Positions 37,542 through 51,000 of a stretch of 64,000 nucleotides of DNA are shown here, piece after piece. This stretch comes from Tubiluchus corallicola (lineage: Eukaryota > Animalia > Priapulida): the NCBI GenBank assembly GCA_030141605.1, contig JAQGDQ010000026.1, positions 310,001-374,000 on the forward strand, written 5' to 3'. Position numbers and translations under genes: made by a program. Within the stretch, counting starts at the first letter, position 1. The number at the start of each line of letters is the position of its first letter. The notes beneath the pieces are model-generated. The model saw only the letters and a program-made list of their open reading frames with translations, searched no databases and was not told the DNA's origin.

Positions 37542-40500
37542 ATGTCAAGTGCCAGCAAAATTGTGAAGTGTAGTTTTGACGGTATTGTATTCAGGTACAG
37601 CTTACAGAATTTATCATGAGTAGTCACAAAAGTTGAAAGAAATTGACTTAAATTTACACTAAATCTTAAATGGCATAATTATATATTTTTACTCTACTAT
37701 TTCTCAAGGTCACTGCTTGTATACCTATATTAAATATATTTTACTTACAATAGTTTAAATTATAGAAAATAAATGGTCTTGAAATTACATGCTTTCTTTA
37801 TAGACGGGCTGTACCTGCTGATTGGCTTAATGTGTTCTACGTAAATAGGAATATCTATAATGGCAAGGATCATCTTTCTTGTGAAGCCACATTCAAACAG
37901 ATGCTGAGCCGACCGTACAATTATGCATTTGTTGCTTGTGATAAAGAAACTGTGGTAGGTACCTATTCCCTATCAAATGACAGAGCTGGAGGCGGAGATA
38001 TCTTTCTCATTTCTATTTAGCTCATGGTTGGGCTCCTGAATTTTCATAACATATAGTGGCAGCTCGTGTATAGGTACTATGGAACTACAGCACCCCTATT
38101 TTCACTCAATATTATCGATAATATTTAATACAATAAGTCTTTTCTTTAGTTTTTTCTTTATCGTTGTACAGTTTGCTTCACAGCCCAGCACAGTGCACTC
38201 ACAGCTTAAGCAACATGGTGTTTGGCTGTTGTGCGCATGCGGCCATGCACACATATATATATATATCTAAGATAAGACACTGCACTTTAGGTAGAAAGAG
38301 TACTGTTGCTCGTGCAGTGTGTATTGTCAGTTGTCACCTGCTTAAAAGCCGTGTACCAGCATATTCTTGAACTGCAAACATTATTTTCTGTTTAGGATTT
38401 TATCAAGTTTATGTACAAATTTTCATACGTTTGTTTGTTTAAAATTACAGTTACAAAGTACAACATTAAAATATGTTTGTTTCATTTTACACAGTACTAA
38501 AACAGTGGCTAAAAATTTTCTGAAGCAGTACCCTCAGTAATTTTAGATATGAGCTGCCACTGGTATCATATCATAGGAATTTGCACAACTGTTTTTTGAT
38601 TAGTATCTAATCTGTGCACCAGCATGAATTCATAGCACTATCAGTTCTGCAGGGCATACAGGGCAATTTTTTTCAGATATCAGTTGCACTATGGAATGCA
38701 ATTTTCACTAGTTGCTAACAGATTTTAGTTTTGCATCACAGTTACTCCTAATCAGTTTTGTTTTTTGTTTTTTTTTTGTTTAGTTGTTTACTTCTATAAA
38801 AAACGTCAATGGGTAAAAATACTATATAAAAATGTGAAATTGCTACACAATTCTAAAATAGCCCTTACTGTAAGGCAAGTTTTCCAGCATAAGTTCAAGC
38901 ATTTGTACCATAGGAGTCCTGTAATTTAAACAATTTTAGAAAAACAACGATTTGTTACTGCATCGAGGCCAAAAATTGGCACTGAATTTTATTTATAGGT
39001 TTCGTTCATGATGGTAAGCTTTGTAGATGATGGTAAAACTTCCATTGGCAGGTTCGGGAGAACCTGCGCAGGATACGAAGGTTCAGGAGTGCAGCACCGT
39101 CTCAGAATGTCATCTCAGGGCGTCTTTGAATACTACCCATTCGTAAAAGACTTTGTGGCAGTGAGAATGCATGATGGTAGGAATTTTGACCACAGTACTT
39201 CCCTGGGTAAAGCTGATGTGTTGTACATGAAGGTAAATTTTTATGTTGAAGAAATTTGTAAAGTTAAACATGGTTACAAGGAAGATTATGAAAAAGTCAG
39301 CTTCTAGGAATTAACACGTTTATTGAGAGTAGACGATCGTTTTGACTATTACAGTCATTTTGAATATTACAGCCAAAAAGGAATAATTAGTATAGTGATG
39401 CTACTAAAATACGAGGCACAAAATGACATTGCAATACTAGATTTAATGAGTATCAAGTTGTCCGGTGAAGGACTAATGTTGCGAAACATTTCATCTCATT
39501 TATTCGTCCTACCATGTGGAACAAAATACTTGCAAATATTAAGTCAATTTCACTGTCACCAAAATTCAAAAAACATTTTAAAAGCTTTATTCTTAAATTC
39601 ATATTAAAGATTGAGCTTGTATAGTATATGACGCATGTTCAGATTCACAGTAAGCGACAGACTGGCGTATAGTGTACTTCTGTTCATAAATGTGTATATA
39701 TTTTTGCAATATCCTATTAGCAATCTCATATTCATTCTAATTCTCATTGACATCATTTCACTAACCTAATCCTACTAATTCTCATCTCCTGCACTCCCCA
39801 CTATCATTCCATCATTTTTTACCTTCCCTTTTTTACACCCTAACACAAGCACCATTAATTGCATTATAGTCACACAAGTAATGCTTCTGACTATAATTCA
39901 AGCAACAATTTATATAGATATCATGCCATGTCATTTTTATTATGAAATTAATGTAACTATGTATACCATGTTATCATAATGTATTTTGCTATATTGTATT
40001 GTTGTTTGGTGTTTTTGTAATAAAAATAAAAAAATAAAAATTACAAATCAACAGATTAAAATTTAAATTGTAAAAATAAACGTTTGCTGTAACTAGAAGA
40101 AATTGCAGAGAAATGTAAAAATGTTTACCTTATATATGAGATTCAGAAGAGATCATAACACAGCTAAACAGTTAGTTGACACAATGTCTGCAGTTACTAT
40201 GTTATGATGTTTTCTGAATCTCATATATAAGGTAATTTTTTTTACATTTTCTTGCAATTTCTTCTAGTTACATCCACATTTGTATTGACAATTTAAATTC
40301 TAACCTGTTGATTTGTAATAGTATTTTGTGTCTTCATATTTTAGTTTCTTCATTGTACTAATTATTCCTTTTTAGCTGAATTTATAGTATTAAAATTATT
40401 GTGATTGTAAACAAACATGTTGATGGTTACAATGTGTAATAGTATTGTACTGATAAGGATTCATACATGCCTACAAGTGTTAATATGAGTAAATAGCTCA

Positions 40501-42242
40501 TCTAGCACCATTTAGTCAAATGTGCCAGAAGCAACACATTTTTTAATTAGTTTTATTTATTCTAACTTTTTTAGCTTTCTTTTTAAGCCTTACTGATACT
40601 AGTTATGTAGATTTTGGAAGAAATTGTACTATTTGATGACTATTTAAACAGTATTGTAATCAAGTGGTCATTCGCTGCCCAAGTTGAGTCCAAATTGTTG
40701 CCCAACTGTGAGTGATTTTAGTTCTATTTTAACTCCAAAATAAAAAAAAACAGTTGAGACATAGCTTATAGTGGCATACTGCACATGATAAACATAATTC
40801 TGTTAAACTAACGGCATGTTCAGACTAGCAAGTTTTCTGTTCCGAATTTTCTGTCACGGGTTTTCTCTCTGACAGCAAACTCGTAAGTGTGAATTGCCTT
40901 ACATGTTACTGCCAGCAAGCTATAGCAGTCTCCGAGAGTCGCTGCAAGTTGATTTCCTGCCGTACTGTCTAGTGTGAATGTCTCAGTCACTCTCGACTCT
41001 TCTCACAATGAATAGATACAAGAAGTGCTAGCTTGCCTTACTGTCGAAGAGTAAATCGCAGCAAGTTTTGCTTTCTAGTCTGAACTTGCGAGTTACTTAG
41101 CAAATTTCTTGGTGAGAAAATTTGCTAATCTGAATGTGCCGTCATGTACTAGTGTGTAAAAAACATGTTGAAAAATACTGCATTTGAATTCTGAGTTTTA
41201 TTAAATTCAGTGCATTTGAGAAATATTGATGTATAATAATAACCCACGAGAAACAGAGAAAAAATTTTTGAAGAAGGACCTCAGTGAATGATTCACACCT
41301 AGGGGTCTAACTTTCGGAACCCTTAAGAGAATTCAGATACAGATTCATTCTTTAAGAGACAATTTGTGGTTCTAAGCTTATATGCATAGGAACTATTGGC
41401 AGTTTAAGCTTAGTGTTGTCACAGTACTCGGACTAATGAGTCCGAGTCTTCAGCATTGGAGTCCAGGCTGTCGCATCGTTGTTTTTATGCTCAGATTGCA
41501 GAAGCTTAATTACATGTGCTGTAACTATTTTTTTTAATGATTTATTCTTTTCCAGAATGTTTTCTGGGCAAACAAAATGTTCAAAATTTATGATATGGTT
41601 CTTATATATTTTCAGCCAAGAGCTTCATATCACTTTGTAAATGCACAAGAGCTATTGCCAAAGTGCCAAGCATATGCAGCTGAACATCAGAAATCACTCG
41701 TTCCTCTTTCTGTTGTTAACGATACAGAGAAGCGCCATTTACTCACAGATGCAGAAACGAGCCAGCAATTGTTTAATGATGGCCGTGTGCTGATTGATCT
41801 CATGGTGTACAAAACTATCCCAGAGAACTATGACATCATTATGGAAAATGAAAATCCACACATTCTAGCTCAACTTGATGCCAAGAGGAAATGTGTTTCT
41901 ATGAGTTTCGGCACCAAGTATGATCTTTATGATCCAGTGAAAATGAGATATAAAATTGATATATATGCAAAAACTGTACAGGAAACAACAAGTCATTTGT
42001 TTAAGCAGATTTGTGATGCAGTCAACTTAAATCCTAACAGAAGTATAGCATTTATCGTCTGCATTGATGAGATATTTACAGACATAAGTAAACAACTAGT
42101 GTTTGATGAATGTAAAAAGCTTGGTATGAAGGAAGTTTTGTGGACAGGAGAACATTCGCCATATCATTTGGTTTCTAGAATAAATATGTCAGATTTAATT
42201 CGCGAAAGTACACAAAATGAGATGAACCCGTCTAAACTTTAG
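37542..42242 (+). CDS. NAT16/histidine N-acetyltransferase-like GNAT protein, 354 aa
   Basis: Four exons in phase: 37542-37594, 37804-37954, 38999-39232, 41616-42242. N-terminal GNAT pattern IVFRRAVPADW...NIYNGKDHL...VSFVDDGKT...GRTCAGYEGSGV parallels NAT16-type IYGGLDYL...VIDAGET...RGKGV. Orthology not established. Confidence 0.75.
38054..38562. mobile_element. hAT MITE in NAT16-like intron 2
   Basis: TIRs TAGTGGCAGCTC / GAGCTGCCACTG; 8-bp TSD ATAACATA / GTATCATA (6/8). Confidence 0.75.
39340..40410. mobile_element. Foldback (long palindromic) element interrupted by a LINE fragment
   Basis: 40041-40160 pairs with 40200-40318; 39368-39424 pairs with 40323-40380. Confidence 0.75.
39426..40040 (+). 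mobile_element. 5'-truncated LINE 3' end with A-rich tail
   Basis: Remnant PTMWNKILANIKSISLSPKFKKHFK; AATAAAAATAAAAAAATAAAAA tail at ~40019-40040. Confidence 0.6.
40812..41141. mobile_element. MITE, possibly PIF/Harbinger-type
   Basis: ~27-bp imperfect TIRs CGGCATGTTCAGACTAGCAAGTTTTCT / AGAAAATTTGCTAATCTGAATGTGCCG; flanks TAA / TCA. Confidence 0.7.
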
Positions 42243-45095
42243 TCTAGCGACTAATCTAGGAAAGGGTTATTTTTACAGTTGTCTGGGACATAAGTGAAAA
42301 TGCATGTTGAAATGTGCATGACAAAAACAATTAATGTAAGTCTTTCAGGTTCTGATTCGGGTTATTGCATTTGTTCTTAAAGGAAAGTGACTATTGTCAT
42401 AATTCAATCGATTGCCTTACAATTAGAAGTACCACAAGCCTTTCACAGTTTTAGATGTTTTTTATTGCACACCTCCATTTACACATATAAAACTGTATAA
42501 AACAACAACCAAATCAGATATTTATATCATAAAATGTTTTATACTAACGAAATGGACTTACTTTTAAATAACAGTACAATTTATGCTTTCCTCTTTGCCT
42601 ATATAATTACAATGGTTGACCAAGCTTGTATTATTGCATACTAATTTCGCTAACAAGTGTCATGCTATTCTAGCAAAATGTGTGTTTGTTATTGTCTGTT
42701 TAAAATACTGCATTAGGCTGCATTCACATTTTTGCAAAACATATCAAATGCAGCAGCATAATTATTTTGTTTCATGGTATGCATGAACGACTCCTCATTT
42801 ACATTAGATTTATATACGGGCAAGGATTATGGTTTGATTGTCAAATTTATGTTGCAAAACGCTGTCCAGAACGGCAAAGAAAATTGATCTGAACATGCAT
42901 TCCTTAGAATAGCTTTGGTAAACTGAAAATTATGTACATGTAATTGACTACATATTTCAACCTTAAGGAAATCATAATTAATCACACTTCTGTCATGAAT
43001 AGTTTCATTACAAATAAAAAAGTTAGAAATGCTGAAAAAAGCCTCTACTACTGTAATTTCTACCTGGGAGTCATGATTGATGTAGAAGCTGCTATTGCTC
43101 AAGGCCATCAGGGTACATCACGGCAGCTATAAAAGCTAGCCCTAATTAGGAAACATGATTTCTTTGATTAGTTACACAATAGAAAACAACTGCTATTTCT
43201 ACCAAAAATTGGCTACGAAGCAAACATTTTCATTCTGATTCCAATTTTTTCAAAAACCAATGAAACAATTAATAGCCAACTACAGAAAACTCAATATTGT
43301 GATGAAATGTCAGGTGATGAGAGAGTAAAAACTAATTTTAAGAGGATACAATTAAACTGCAAACATAAAAATCTCCAAGACAACAACAATAACTTGAGTT
43401 ACAAATAGTGCGCAAAAACTTTGAAGGTATTCAATTATAACAAAACATTTTGGTCCCATATGTGTCAATATATGCATATCATCGGTACCTTGTTTAAGAC
43501 AAATTTGCATGACTAGTAGTAATTAGTCGTCTTTTAAAGGACCCTACAATTCTACAACTGAAAGTTGCAAAACAAATTATCAGATTTGAAAATTTTTATA
43601 GCCTAAGCATAACATTTTGAACTGATCTTTTAATTAGAGTATAGCGCATAATAGCTAATTAATAAACACCTTGACATTGCACAGTAAACTTTAAGATAAG
43701 CAACAGGGATAAAATACAACTAATACATATACGTACAGGTATCACAACTTTGACAAACATATTAAATGCTTAAATAATAGTAATAAATAAATAAAAGCCT
43801 AATATTTTAGCAATGGCAAAATATGCAGTGACAACATATGAAAAGTGAGAATAATAAAAAGTTTACATAATTATTACCAAAAAAAAACCATTCAGCACTA
43901 CAGACTTCATAGGTGACAATCAAACTTGAAATGTTTATCATAATCAGTCATTTTCATCTTAGCACCAGAACACTTTTGTACAGCCGTTTAATATTAGCAG
44001 TTAATGGTTTAACTGCCGCAATAATAGCAATACACTATAATGGAGCAGCTTATGAGTGCAGAGTAGCAGAACATGCTTTGGGCAAAGACATTAAACAGTT
44101 AAAATTCACAAACAATTTTCACTGGTCAGAACACCCTAGAGTAACTGATGGAGCATGTGAATTCACTCGACGACAATGAAAAATTCTGGGTTTTACCTGC
44201 AAGCTTTGCTCAGTTTAGGGATGTACCCTAGTAACTAAAGACCTCCTTTTTAGTGCCGCATCTCAAAGGTTTAACAGTGATAATGACACAGTTCCCATCA
44301 TGCCACAATCTTAAGGAGTAGATACTGGCAATGAGTGTTTATACTGGCTTGCAAAATGCAGAACTGTATAAAAAATATAGTTTATGTGGACGAGTATAAC
44401 TAAAAAGTTAGAAAAAATGTTAATAATAGAAAACTTACTATGTGGCATCTCAGTGGTTAAAAGCTACAGTTTTTCTTTTGTTATTACAGTTGTCAAGAAA
44501 TTCTATATAATTTGAAGTAAATTTAAAATACTTGATTACATGCACGCTACCCAATTCATTAAAGCATCATAACCAAATCAGAATTACCAATAAAATCTTC
44601 ATAATTTTACACAATTTTTATTTTAATGTGCCATTTATAACATGTGATTAACTTATCGGTACATATAAAGTTTGAAACTTCAAATGTATAAAACAATATC
44701 TAAATGGAATAATGCCTGGCATTTGTCCTTAAGACAAATCTTCTGCACAGCTAACTAGCTTTTTATGGTAATTAACAGAAGCAAAACTGCAACAATAAAC
44801 AGTTACTGCAAAATCATAAATTACATCTATTTAGCCCCTAAAACGTTCTTTGAATAACACGTAAACAATATGAAAGTGAAATTCTATATTAGTGGTCTCC
44901 TGTACAGAAAATAATAACATACGTAATAATATGTAGTTCATATAAAATTTATTAGACATCCCATGATTAAAACCTGATGCTCTGATGCTCTTGGTGAAGG
45001 CATGGTTAAGCAAATAAAGTTATTTACAAAAGTATTAAAATTACTAATTAAACTGTGCAGACACTCTTGTCCTCTTGCAGATGGCATGGCAACTG

Positions 45096-48000
45096 CTAAC
45101 ATGTATCTATATGTTTGTAACCCTGAAGAAAAACTTGCTTAACGGCTTCTAGAGCTTCATCTATGAACTCTTCAACTTCAACTATTTGTAGGGATTTTTG
45201 CAATGATCTTAACATCTATAGAATAAAAAAAACGTACATTATTGTTTCACTAGAAAGCACGAAATATTACTCGCCTACATATATTCACAAGAATTACATG
45301 ATAATTACATCATAGGCAATACCTAATTTCTATTTCCATATTTTGTCCATTGTTAATAAGTGAAACTACAAATCAGACATCATTTCATCCGAGATTCTCA
45401 AACACCATCATTTCATTCATGAAACTCAAACACCTGAACACCTGATATATAGATGCAGCAAAGTAATTGTTAACCGAAGAAAACACCTAGAAATGTTGCA
45501 AGGTAAAAACATAACCAGCGTATTTTTCAAGAAAAGGGGAAGCATTAAGCAAAGCTCTAGTCAATTTTGCAAAAGACAGTTTTATCTTATCAAGTTTGCA
45601 AAAGGACGTAAAAGGGTTAAATGCATAATATCCCATCCACACACACACACACAAACACACACATATTTAATGTTATATATATACACGTAAAACACATTGA
45701 TTGTGCAAAATTTATTCTTGTTTTATACTAAATTTTAGCAAAAACACTTGTTCTTTATTTTGAGTGAGTAAGGAAATATTGATTAAAGTGACATGTTTAC
45801 ATCCATCACACATTAGATTTAAAATTACTTTAACCATTCTATGTACAACAAAAAATTTAGACGTAAACCCAGCCATTCAGGCTTACAAGTCACTGCCTAC
45901 TAAGACCAAAAGATTTTCATAACGTGTACATGTAACAAACTTCATACGGATCATATCATATTATATCGTGCACCTGATAATTATAAAATAAAGATTTACA
46001 ACTTACTTTTTCCAAGTAGGTCATATTCAAACTAGGGCACGTGCTTAACATATTGATTCTACTTCCACAGTCCACATAGCGCTTGACAATATCGCATGCA
46101 GTGTTGCGAATGTCAGCTACAGACAATTCACTCGTTACTTTGTTAAAATCAAATTTGTAAGGTAACCCTGAAAATGAATTTTTTCAGTGACATCAGTCAA
46201 TTACATGAAATTTTAGAAATTTAAAAAACAAATAAAGCTAAATGGTTTAATTCTGTCAATGTGTCAGCGAGAGATAAAGTGTGAAAGGTGTCACAATTTT
46301 CCAAAATTAGACTGATATGCTACAATACAGCTCTGAATAAAATTAAAATACTAAGTACGTGCTCTTTAGCTATTACCATAGTGATGGCATATTTTAAGTA
46401 AATAAAGTTATTGAGACAAAGCTGTTGACATTACTAATTAAACTGTGCGCAAACAGATGATGTGGAAACTGCTAATATGCATCTATACGGGCATAACTCT
46501 TAAGAAGGACCTGGTTAACGGCTTCTAGAGATTCGTCTAGAGAACTCTTCAGACCCAAGCTTAAAGGAAAGCTAAGCCTCATAAATCATTAGTAAATTTT
46601 ACTCACGGTAACCATCATGAAGGGTATCACTCACAACAAGACATGTGAATTCAGTCAGTGGTGACTTGTTAGCTTGATTATAAGGACTAGCTATCATTCC
46701 GATAAAAGGACTTCCACCTTGCGCAAACCATTCCTGAAACAAAAAAGCTTTAGGCATTGTTCCCTGTACAAATATTACGAGATTTTACAGCAGTTTTCTT
46801 TGCTTCACATGATTAATTAATTAACTAACCACAAAAAGCCTGTCACCTCACTGCGATCTGCGGACTGAGTCACAGTTTTACCATCCCCAGTATACTTTAG
46901 CGAAGACATTTGCTTGACGCCTGAGCTGTTGTGCATTTGGCTAACACTGACTTGGCAACATAAGGGATTTCAATAATAATCCAAAGATATTGTAATGATG
47001 CATGTTAGGAAGGAACAAAGATATTTCATTACGATGACTTACTTAATTTTGATGATCGAAACATCTACTAATCTGTGACTTGTCCATTAAGACATTTTAT
47101 TAACTTTTGATCAATATTATAACCAAGATTACCGCATTATCATAATGTTCATCTGTTGTCATATCTCTTCACACAGGAGCCACATTGTTGAAGCTTCGTG
47201 TGACGACCTCCTTTACTAACTTGAGGTCACAAGTTTTTCATCAAACTAACATTCATCTCTAAATGCTACAAACAAAATTTGGTCAAAAGTGCCCTTGCGG
47301 TTCAAAATATTATTTCATATTTGGTAGGCAAAATCTAAAAACTTTAAAAGTAACTTTAATCTTTTCACTGACAGAACCAAATTTGGCATGTTGGTTCGCG
47401 GGCAGAACGCCTTTTTCCGCGTTGTGCTTAAGCGGTCAATGAAGCAATGATAGCACCATAAGCGTGGATTAATCTACTGCAAAGACTTTTCCAATGGGCA
47501 TTATATGTTTCCACAGCCTTGTCAGGTATCTTTTACCTCATTAATTATACAAACATTGTAAGTATCTTGCTAGCAACCGTGTGTTGGCGGGTGTTGAGTT
47601 GTTTACATTGTTTGGTTGTAATAATTGTGACAGTATGTAATCTGACATTACAAAGAAAATAGTAATAAACTACAGTGAAGTTGCATAGATTGTACAGAGA
47701 AACAGATTTAGCTGATAAAAATCTAACTACAAATACTCATGTAGTGCTAGTCTACCAGCAATGAAGTGATGCTGTTATATCAATGTAGTAGTACAGCAGT
47801 TCGTTATTAGTTATGTAATACTACTGCAAAATTGTAGTCAGTTTGCACTTAATTGGATCCTGGGCTACTTGGAAAAAGGTAAATTTAAGTATTCACTGTA
47901 TGACAAACCACTAGTTACATACTTATTATATAAAGACATAGATAAGCATAATGAATTAGGTTTTTAAAAGAAGCCTCTATCATAGCATCACATTGGGATG

Positions 48001-51000
48001 TACATCATTATTAGAAATGCCTATTAAGTTCAAAACAATAAAAAGATAGCTTAGCTATGTAAACCTGTTTTGTGCTTTAAGGGCTTTTAAGTACCATTCT
48101 GTAACATTACTGTAATATTATTTGCATATTTTTTAATGCAAAAATACATAAAATTCGTCAATGAAAGGGATGCAACAATTACCACAACAACGTGGTGACG
48201 ATTTGTGCACTAAAAATGTTTTCTATCAAAAGCCAAATTTCCATTAAAATAAATTAACAGTAAGAAAGTTAATCACAAAAACAACAACATGAGATAAGTA
48301 ATTTCATGTTACTATTAATGCAAAGGCAGTAGTCAAATCTGCTGCTGCTGCGAGTTTTTATTGCACAACTACTATACTGCAAGGAAATTGACGTCTAACA
48401 TAATGTCAATCATTTCATTGATTGCCCAATCAGTGAGCAAATTATTTCACACACCCTTGCAGCAGGTACATACGGGACACTTAGCTACAGCTGCATCTAA
48501 TACTGTTGTTACTGTTGTGGAAAATGCTCAACTTTTCATTAGTTAGAGGGAGAAATATTGGCCTGGTTCTAGATTTTGTTATTGTCAATTGAAATTGCAA
48601 GTGAATCAGTGGAAATCTATGGTCTAGTTTCGTTTGTAGGAGGAAATGCACAATGCTTACGTCTATGAGTTGCTGATTAAACCATTTTGCAATCAAGAAA
48701 ATACGCAGTTTAGTTTAGTTTATGGCTTTGCAAGTTAGACAAAAACAACAATTTGATTAACTTTAAATAAGGACAAAACATAATGTTTTCTTTATTGGCA
48801 AGTTTTTATAAACTTCAATGAGATGACTTCACAGTCAAAATTAATTCACATGTAGTCAAAACTTCTATAAATACGTTAATGTAATATTAGTTAATTTTAC
48901 GCTATTTTTTTGGTTATAATCATGGTTAAAAATGCCATCATAGTTACAAATGCCTTATGTAACTCGGGCATTCAATATAAGGGTCGTCTGTGGAATGAAA
49001 CAATCTAATTTATTCCATTTCCATAGCCTAACAAATGGAAAAATACAAAAATTGAATAAACCTTGCAGACGAGCACATGATCAGTTAATATAGAAAAAAT
49101 ATATCGCATGCATGATGTCCGCATGTTCAAAAGCAAGAGAGACTTAATATTTTTGTTGCTCATTTATTTTAAAGTAAGGCTAACTGGCTTAGCTTCTTTA
49201 TTATACTTAGGTCTCTGTATTTTGTAGTGCTTTGAAACTTCGTTTCTATATTCGGTTTAAATTGAAAAGTCATTTTTAGGTTACTTGAACTGTTAATTTC
49301 GTGTAAAAATAGCTGCAGCTCTGCAAATTTCTGTTTATGAAAAAGTGTAATCAGTTTATCTGCTGATTAGACATTAATTGTGACTGTCATGGTGGTTTAG
49401 ACAGTTGTCCAACGTGAGCTGTTGTCCCGAATGCCGCTGAGCATGCATACGTCTCAGCGGAGGCAGAGCGATAGACCAATATGTCTGATGTCAATTATAT
49501 TACTATTTTCGAAAATTAAATTTTTAGCAAGGTACAAGACAAGATGGAGTTAATAGTATTAGTAGCTTGCTATCCATCATTGTAGTGGATATGGCAGCAA
49601 ATTAATATAATGACGACAGCACTTAAACTCTACCTGCAAGTCTGAAGTTCTAGTAAATGCCAATAAGTTACAAAATTATGTTACCTGAAATTTCCATTGT
49701 GTTTCAATGTCCCGTAATGATGGACTCGGAGCAAAAGTTGGGTGAGAGTGATACCAGCCAACAACTTTGTAACCTTGCTGTGTAATGCGCTCACAGGCAA
49801 GTGTCTGAGAAACTGAAACAAAAAAGTTTAAATTCATGATTTACCCAGGGATGGCATTACACACAAAATCTAACACTTCACTGAATAGATTTTTATCAAT
49901 ACTAGAACAAAAATTCGCAGTGAGTTAACGTTGCAATGTTCAATCTGTTACCAAGTCAACATTAAAAATGTAACAAACACAAAATCTACAAAATAAGTGT
50001 GAATATTGTTTAGAAAAATGGTAAATCTAGGTTTAAGAAGAAATCTATCGACAGCCTAACAATTGATAAGCAGTTTAACAGTCTTGTTTGCACCTAGTTG
50101 TTATAACCTTGTGTGTTACCCTATTAGATTTTAGATTGTTCCTTACTTGGATCCATTTCACACTGCATTCCTGTACTGAGGCTATTGCACGGTTCTGCCA
50201 CTGTAATCTGTAGCATTTTGTCTGCCAATGAAAATGTGCCACCCAGCAAGCCAATCACTTCATTACCCGAAACGTGTGAATGAATGTCAACCGTAACCAT
50301 CACCGCTGTGTCGACTTCTACCATAAAGGGAGCCTGCAAAGACATAAGAAGTTGTAATGTTAACAAACAATGAGTTGTTTGATCTTCCATGTTCACAATA
50401 ATGAAACAGCAACAGTCGAACACCAACATAGTGAATAGAAATTGAAAATGCATTTAGTATGGAGCATGCCTGAGTACAATCTTAGTATTAGCATGCCTGA
50501 GTACAGTCTGCTGCCCACTGTCGGTGTTTTTACATCGCTTGCCAGACTTTGTCCCTCAAGCAGAAACCTCTGTCATTCAGACCAGAATTATTAAAAAAGT
50601 AAAAAGGAAAGGAAGATAAACATAAACACAGCAACAGTTGTTAAGTTAGATAAAAAAGTTGTGACATTGGAATTACACACATATCTCGGTTGGCCAGACC
50701 TTGCTTTTATGGATATCGGAAAATTCCGAAAAAATTTGGTCCGTAGAAAGTGCCGCATACTATAGACACAGTCTGTTATTTCACGAGCTCACCACTAGTT
50801 GGCGGGCCGTCACTTTGTTTATATCCAAGCCACATGTAATGACACATGTGTAGCTTGTATGTCAGGGTGTTTAGTGGTTTAGTCAGTGTCTGTAAGTGCT
50901 TTAGAGTCTATTATGAGGAGTTATTTGAATCAATTACCAACAGGTTTTATATAATTTTGCATAGAAGCGGCCCGTGCTAGACGTTTTTGAGACAATTAGG

